A stretch of 63,415 nt of DNA, filler included, from Saprolegnia diclina VS20 (taxonomy: Eukaryota), in the NCBI RefSeq assembly GCF_000281045.1. It is 31 parts of 31 records of this genome, joined end to end, with 100 filler letters (N's around TTAATTAATTAA, not from the genome) between each part and the next. Parts side by side here need not be neighbours in the genome. Positions count along the whole stretch, not along the records: positions 58,122 to 59,838 come from NW_008246408.1; positions 59,939 to 61,652 come from NW_008246409.1; positions 61,753 to 63,415 come from NW_008246410.1; 28 more parts are not named here. One strand, written 5' to 3'. The notes below the pieces were generated by a model that saw nothing but the letters and a program-made list of their open reading frames with translations, did no database searches and was not told the DNA's origin. The translations under genes were made by a program, and so were the position numbers. Shown here one piece after another: positions 58,813-63,415 of this stretch (position 1 is its first letter; each line of letters starts with the position of its first letter).

Positions 58813-59838
58813 ATGTTGTTGCGCCGAGCTGCGTCGATGGCAGCTGCCCGCGTCGACGCGCAACTGCAGGCGTGGGCCTCGGCGCTGCCTCATGAGGCCG
58901 GCGCCGCCTTGCGTGCCAACGGCTACTACGTCGTCGACGGCGCCGTCTCGCCTGCGTTGGCCCAAGCGCTGCGCGATGAGATCGCGTCCTTGGCGGCCGC
59001 CGATGCGCTCTACCCGAACGCCACGCACGTGTACGTCAAAGACGCGCCGCGCCCGTTGCTCTTGGAGAAGGCGCACATCCACGAGACCGAGCTGGCCGAC
59101 ATGTCATCCGACTACGCCAGCCTCCACCGCTGGTTTGACAACCCGACGCTGCGGACGACGTGCAATGCGTTGTTGCCTTCGCTGCGCGCCGACCGCCACA
59201 TGATCAAGGTACGCCTCTGTATACCTGCAAACAGGCTGCATATCATGGCGCAGGTCCAATACAACGACGGCCACGGTGGCTGCTTCCCCATGCACTTTGA
59301 CACGTACGGCGACGACGGCAAGTGCCTCACGGCGGTGCTGTACCTCAACGAGACGTGGGCGCCGGGCGACGGTGGCGAAATCGTACTCTACCCGTTCCCA
59401 TACGCGCCGACGACGATCGCGCCCGCGTCCGGTCGCCTCGTGCTCTTCTCGTCCCACCGCATGCTGCACCGCGTGCTGCCGTCCAATGTCCCACGGTCGC
59501 TCGGCCGTCCACAGCGCACGACGTCTCATGCCACCTCGTAGCTACTGCTTGACGACGTGGATGTACCGCGATCCAAGCTTGAACGCTGCGTATCCGCCGC
59601 ACCGCACGCGCTCGAATGGCTACGACACGATGCTGGCCAAGGTGTGTGCGAGTCCCTTCCGCGCGCACTTGGCCAAGCTCGCGTACGCCGACGAGTGGCG
59701 GCAGTCGCTTCTCGAGTCCCACGCCAAGACACAGTCGTTTGCTGCCTACCTGCAGAGCTACGACGCAGAGCTCGACGTCATTGCCGCCGCGACCGACAAG
59801 ATGCTGACGACGTTTCGCAAGAAGAGCGACGACATTCC
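58813..59838 (+). CDS. 2OG-Fe(II) oxygenase (EGLN/prolyl-hydroxylase-like), 3' partial; introns 59209-59253 and 59496-59541
   Basis: FPMHFD (HxD), LTAVLYLN..W...DGGEI, RLVLF.S..MLHRVLP..PRYCLTTW after splicing. Confidence 0.88.
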
Positions 59839-59940
59839 NNNNNNNNNNNNNNNNNNNNNNNNNNNNNNNNNNNNNNNNNNNNTTAATTAATTAANNNNNN
59901 NNNNNNNNNNNNNNNNNNNNNNNNNNNNNNNNNNNNNNGT

Positions 59941-61652
59941 GGTGCCGTCTCGATATCGACCGGGTCTGCCACAAGCGGCGCGGGCGGTGTCATTTCGCTT
60001 GCGGTTGGCACGGCTACGTCGGGTGTCGGTGGAGCCGTATCAATTGCCGCCGGTGCTGCAGCTACATCAACGGGCGGCTTGGCGTCTCTTTCAGGCGGGT
60101 CCGGCACACTTGGTGGTGGCGTCATCCTTGTCGGCGGCAATGGCACAACAGGCCAAGGTGGCGACGTCACGATTCAAACGGGGTCAGGAAGTGCCGTCAG
60201 TGGTGATATAGTCTTGATGACGCCGAGTGCTGTTACTAGCGGCATGGTGCTTCTTGCTTCCGGCCCTGGGACCAATGGCGCTGGAGGCAGTATTCATATG
60301 TCCGTCGGCATTGGATCGAGTGGAACTGGCGGCGACATCAGCCTATCAAGTGGTAATTCCGTGATCGGTGGTGCCGTCAACATTCTGAGCGGAGCCTCTT
60401 CGTCGGGTGTCTCGGGAACAGTCTCTGTCGGCTCTGGCGTGGCGGCCAGCGGAAGCTCGGGTGCCCTCGCACTATCCACGGGTGTGTCGACGGGCGGCAA
60501 TGGCGGCGGCATCTCCATCATCGTTGGAAACGGCGACACGGGAAATGGCGGCGATGTCAGTTTGACTGCTGGTCTCAGCTCCGCCACGTCTACCACTGGC
60601 GGTAAAGTCGGAGCAACAGGCGGCGCGGGGCCCACCGGAGGCAACGTCGTACTCGCTGGTGGTGTCGGTACTACGTCATCGGGTGGCGCTATCAGGCTAT
60701 TGAGCGGTGGTGGATCGCCATCTTCAGTCAGTGGAGCAGTGACAATATCGACGGCGACTGGAAGCAACAGTGGCGGCGTGACTATTGCAACTGGACCTGG
60801 AACAAACGGCAGTGCTGGAGCTCTATCATTATCGATTGGGTCTACAAGCTCCGGTGTCGGTGGTGCTGTCAGCATTCTTAGCGGCAGTGGGGTTTCTGGT
60901 GGCTCAACTACAGTCGGCAGCGGGACCTCGTCTGCTGGTATCTCTGGCTTCGTGACGCTGTCTTCGGCAGTATCGACCGGCGGAGACTCTGGAACTATTT
61001 CGCTGATCACAGGCTCATCTACCGGTGGTACTGGCGGTGGTATTATTGCGACGGTCGGCAACGGAGTGTCTGGCGTTGGAGGGTCCATTACGTTGTCTTC
61101 TGGCGCTAGCTCCGTGTCAACTGGAGGCAAGACGTCTGGCTACGGTGGCACGGGTACGACGGGCGGCAACGTCGAATTCACTGGTGGTGTTGGCCAAGCT
61201 TCAGGGGGCAGTATCATCCTTGCTGGCGGAAGCGGCGGCACATCCGTCGGTGGCAGTGTGTCTGTGTCCAGCGGCGCAAGCTCAACATTCGGTCAGACCG
61301 GTGCCGTAACATTGGCATCCGCAAGTGGTGTTACGAGCGGCGCAATAAACTTGACAAGTGGGGCCGCATCCACTGGATTTGTCGGAAACATTCGTCTCGC
61401 CGTCGGCGTCGGTAACTCGGGTGTTGGCGGATCAATTAGCTTATCAAGTGGATCGGCCGCAAGTGGGGGCGCTGTTCTTATTACAACTGGTCCTGCTACC
61501 GCTGGCAGTTCTGGTGCTGCCACAATTGCAACTGCCTCGGCGACTGCTGGAAGTTCAGGAACTCTGACGCTGTCAACCGGCTCCTCCTCTTCAACTGGTA
61601 CAGGAGGCAGTATTGTGGCATCGGTGGGTGCCGGTGTCTCCGGAGCCGGCGG
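59941..61652 (+). CDS. Internal fragment of a giant Gly/Ser/Thr-rich repeat protein
   Basis: Frame is open across the contig. About 14-16 aa units of form (S/G)G-x-[VIL]-x-[ILV]-x-[TSA]-G. Confidence 0.8.
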
Positions 61653-61752
61653 NNNNNNNNNNNNNNNNNNNNNNNNNNNNNNNNNNNNNNNNNNNNTTAA
61701 TTAATTAANNNNNNNNNNNNNNNNNNNNNNNNNNNNNNNNNNNNNNNNNNNN

Positions 61753-62574
<822 letters not shown>

Positions 62575-62815
62575 ACGGCTCCAAAAAATATGTAAGCATC
62601 ACATACCATTTCTCATGCTACGACTCGATGGTGTGTTGCGAATTTTGGTCTTTTGATTTCAACCGGATCAACGCGGCGATGCTGACGTGGCACTACAGCT
62701 TCATGGCTGTGTCATACTAGGCCAATATATCCCGAATTTCCCTCCACGGTTGGGGTTTCGGGCGCACGTGGAGACCAAGTTAACGACTGCATTGTGAGAT
62801 TGACATGTAATTTGG

Positions 62816-63415
62816 CTAATTCTCGAGCGATCGGAGCCCCTTGGTGGCAGGGATGTGGAGGACGGCACCGCTGCACATCACAAGCTCCTTGTGTTGTCTT
62901 GGGTTCGTGTACTTGGCGATTGTGGGTGGCGTCACATACACAAATGCGCGCGTGAGGTGCTTGATGTTGCCGTTGTCTTGCACGCGTTCGAGAATTTCGT
63001 CCATGTGGTCCCAGTTCGTCGGATGCGTCTCTGAGATGGTGATCTGGAGGAAGTAAATGGTCTTCGTTGTGACCACGATGGCATCGATCGCTGGGAACGT
63101 GGCGAAGCCTGGATAAAAGTATGTGTTCGCGCACAAGCCAGCGGCGATGTGCTTGAGACAACCTTTCTTGCTCGTCGGGCCCTTGACGACCTTGAACGAG
63201 TCGTCGATGGTCAGCGTGGCCGACACTTTGAACCACATAAACGAGCTGTAGTCCAAAACGCGGAGCTTGAGCTGGCCTTCCGACGCGAGCTTGTGCACGA
63301 AGCTCTCGAAGACCCATCCGTAGAGAGCGCCGCCCCACGCCTCTGCCCACATGAGGATGGACACGGAAAACTTGAGCGATGCCATCGTGGTCAAGAGCCA
63401 CCCGACGAACTTGGT
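62816..63415 (-). CDS. Crinkler-type effector C-terminus with restriction-endonuclease-like domain, 5' partial
   Basis: GWVFESFVH...YFYP...FPAIDAIV......FLQITISETH is the REase-fold pattern typical of CRN/RHS-type C-termini. Confidence 0.75.
   Translation of the reverse strand, partial: TKFVGWLLTTMASLKFSVSILMWAEAWGGALYGWVFESFVHKLASEGQLKLRVLDYSSFMWFKVSATLTIDDSFKVVKGPTSKKGCLKHIAAGLCANTYFYPGFATFPAIDAIVVTTKTIYFLQITISETHPTNWDHMDEILERVQDNGNIKHLTRAFVYVTPPTIAKYTNPRQHKELVMCSGAVLHIPATKGLRSLEN

Overview
This window is not contiguous genomic DNA. It is 31 short contigs (about 2.3 kb falling to 1.7 kb) joined by 30 artificial 100-nt spacers (44 N + TTAATTAATTAA + 44 N), so nothing can be concluded about linkage across spacers. 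The sequence is eukaryotic and very probably an oomycete (Saprolegniales-like, inferred). Support: 45-80 nt GT-AG introns, high GC at third codon positions, Inr/FPR core promoters, GAF+FYVE, CxxxGC/CxxHGGG zinc-finger, secreted PLD-like and Crinkler-type genes. Six contig pairs are near-identical copies (alleles or collapsed repeats). Recognisable genes, many partial: alpha-tubulin, NAPRT, TMEM18, TMEM53/DUF829, two ABCC and one ABCG transporter, PLD, a 2OG-Fe(II) oxygenase, two ankyrin genes with one repeat per exon, and a probable tandem array of secreted DNA/RNA non-specific endonucleases. The most notable observations are: (1) an intron-containing Academ/DUF6589-like DDE transposase; (2) a strand-polarised array of GNA/GNNA-loop mini-hairpins with a possible mini-Helitron at 18192-18688; (3) modular ankyrin exons, including a gene interrupted by a single in-frame stop; (4) a true within-contig inverted gene duplication; (5) a recurrent GGGTCAATAA palindromic motif.
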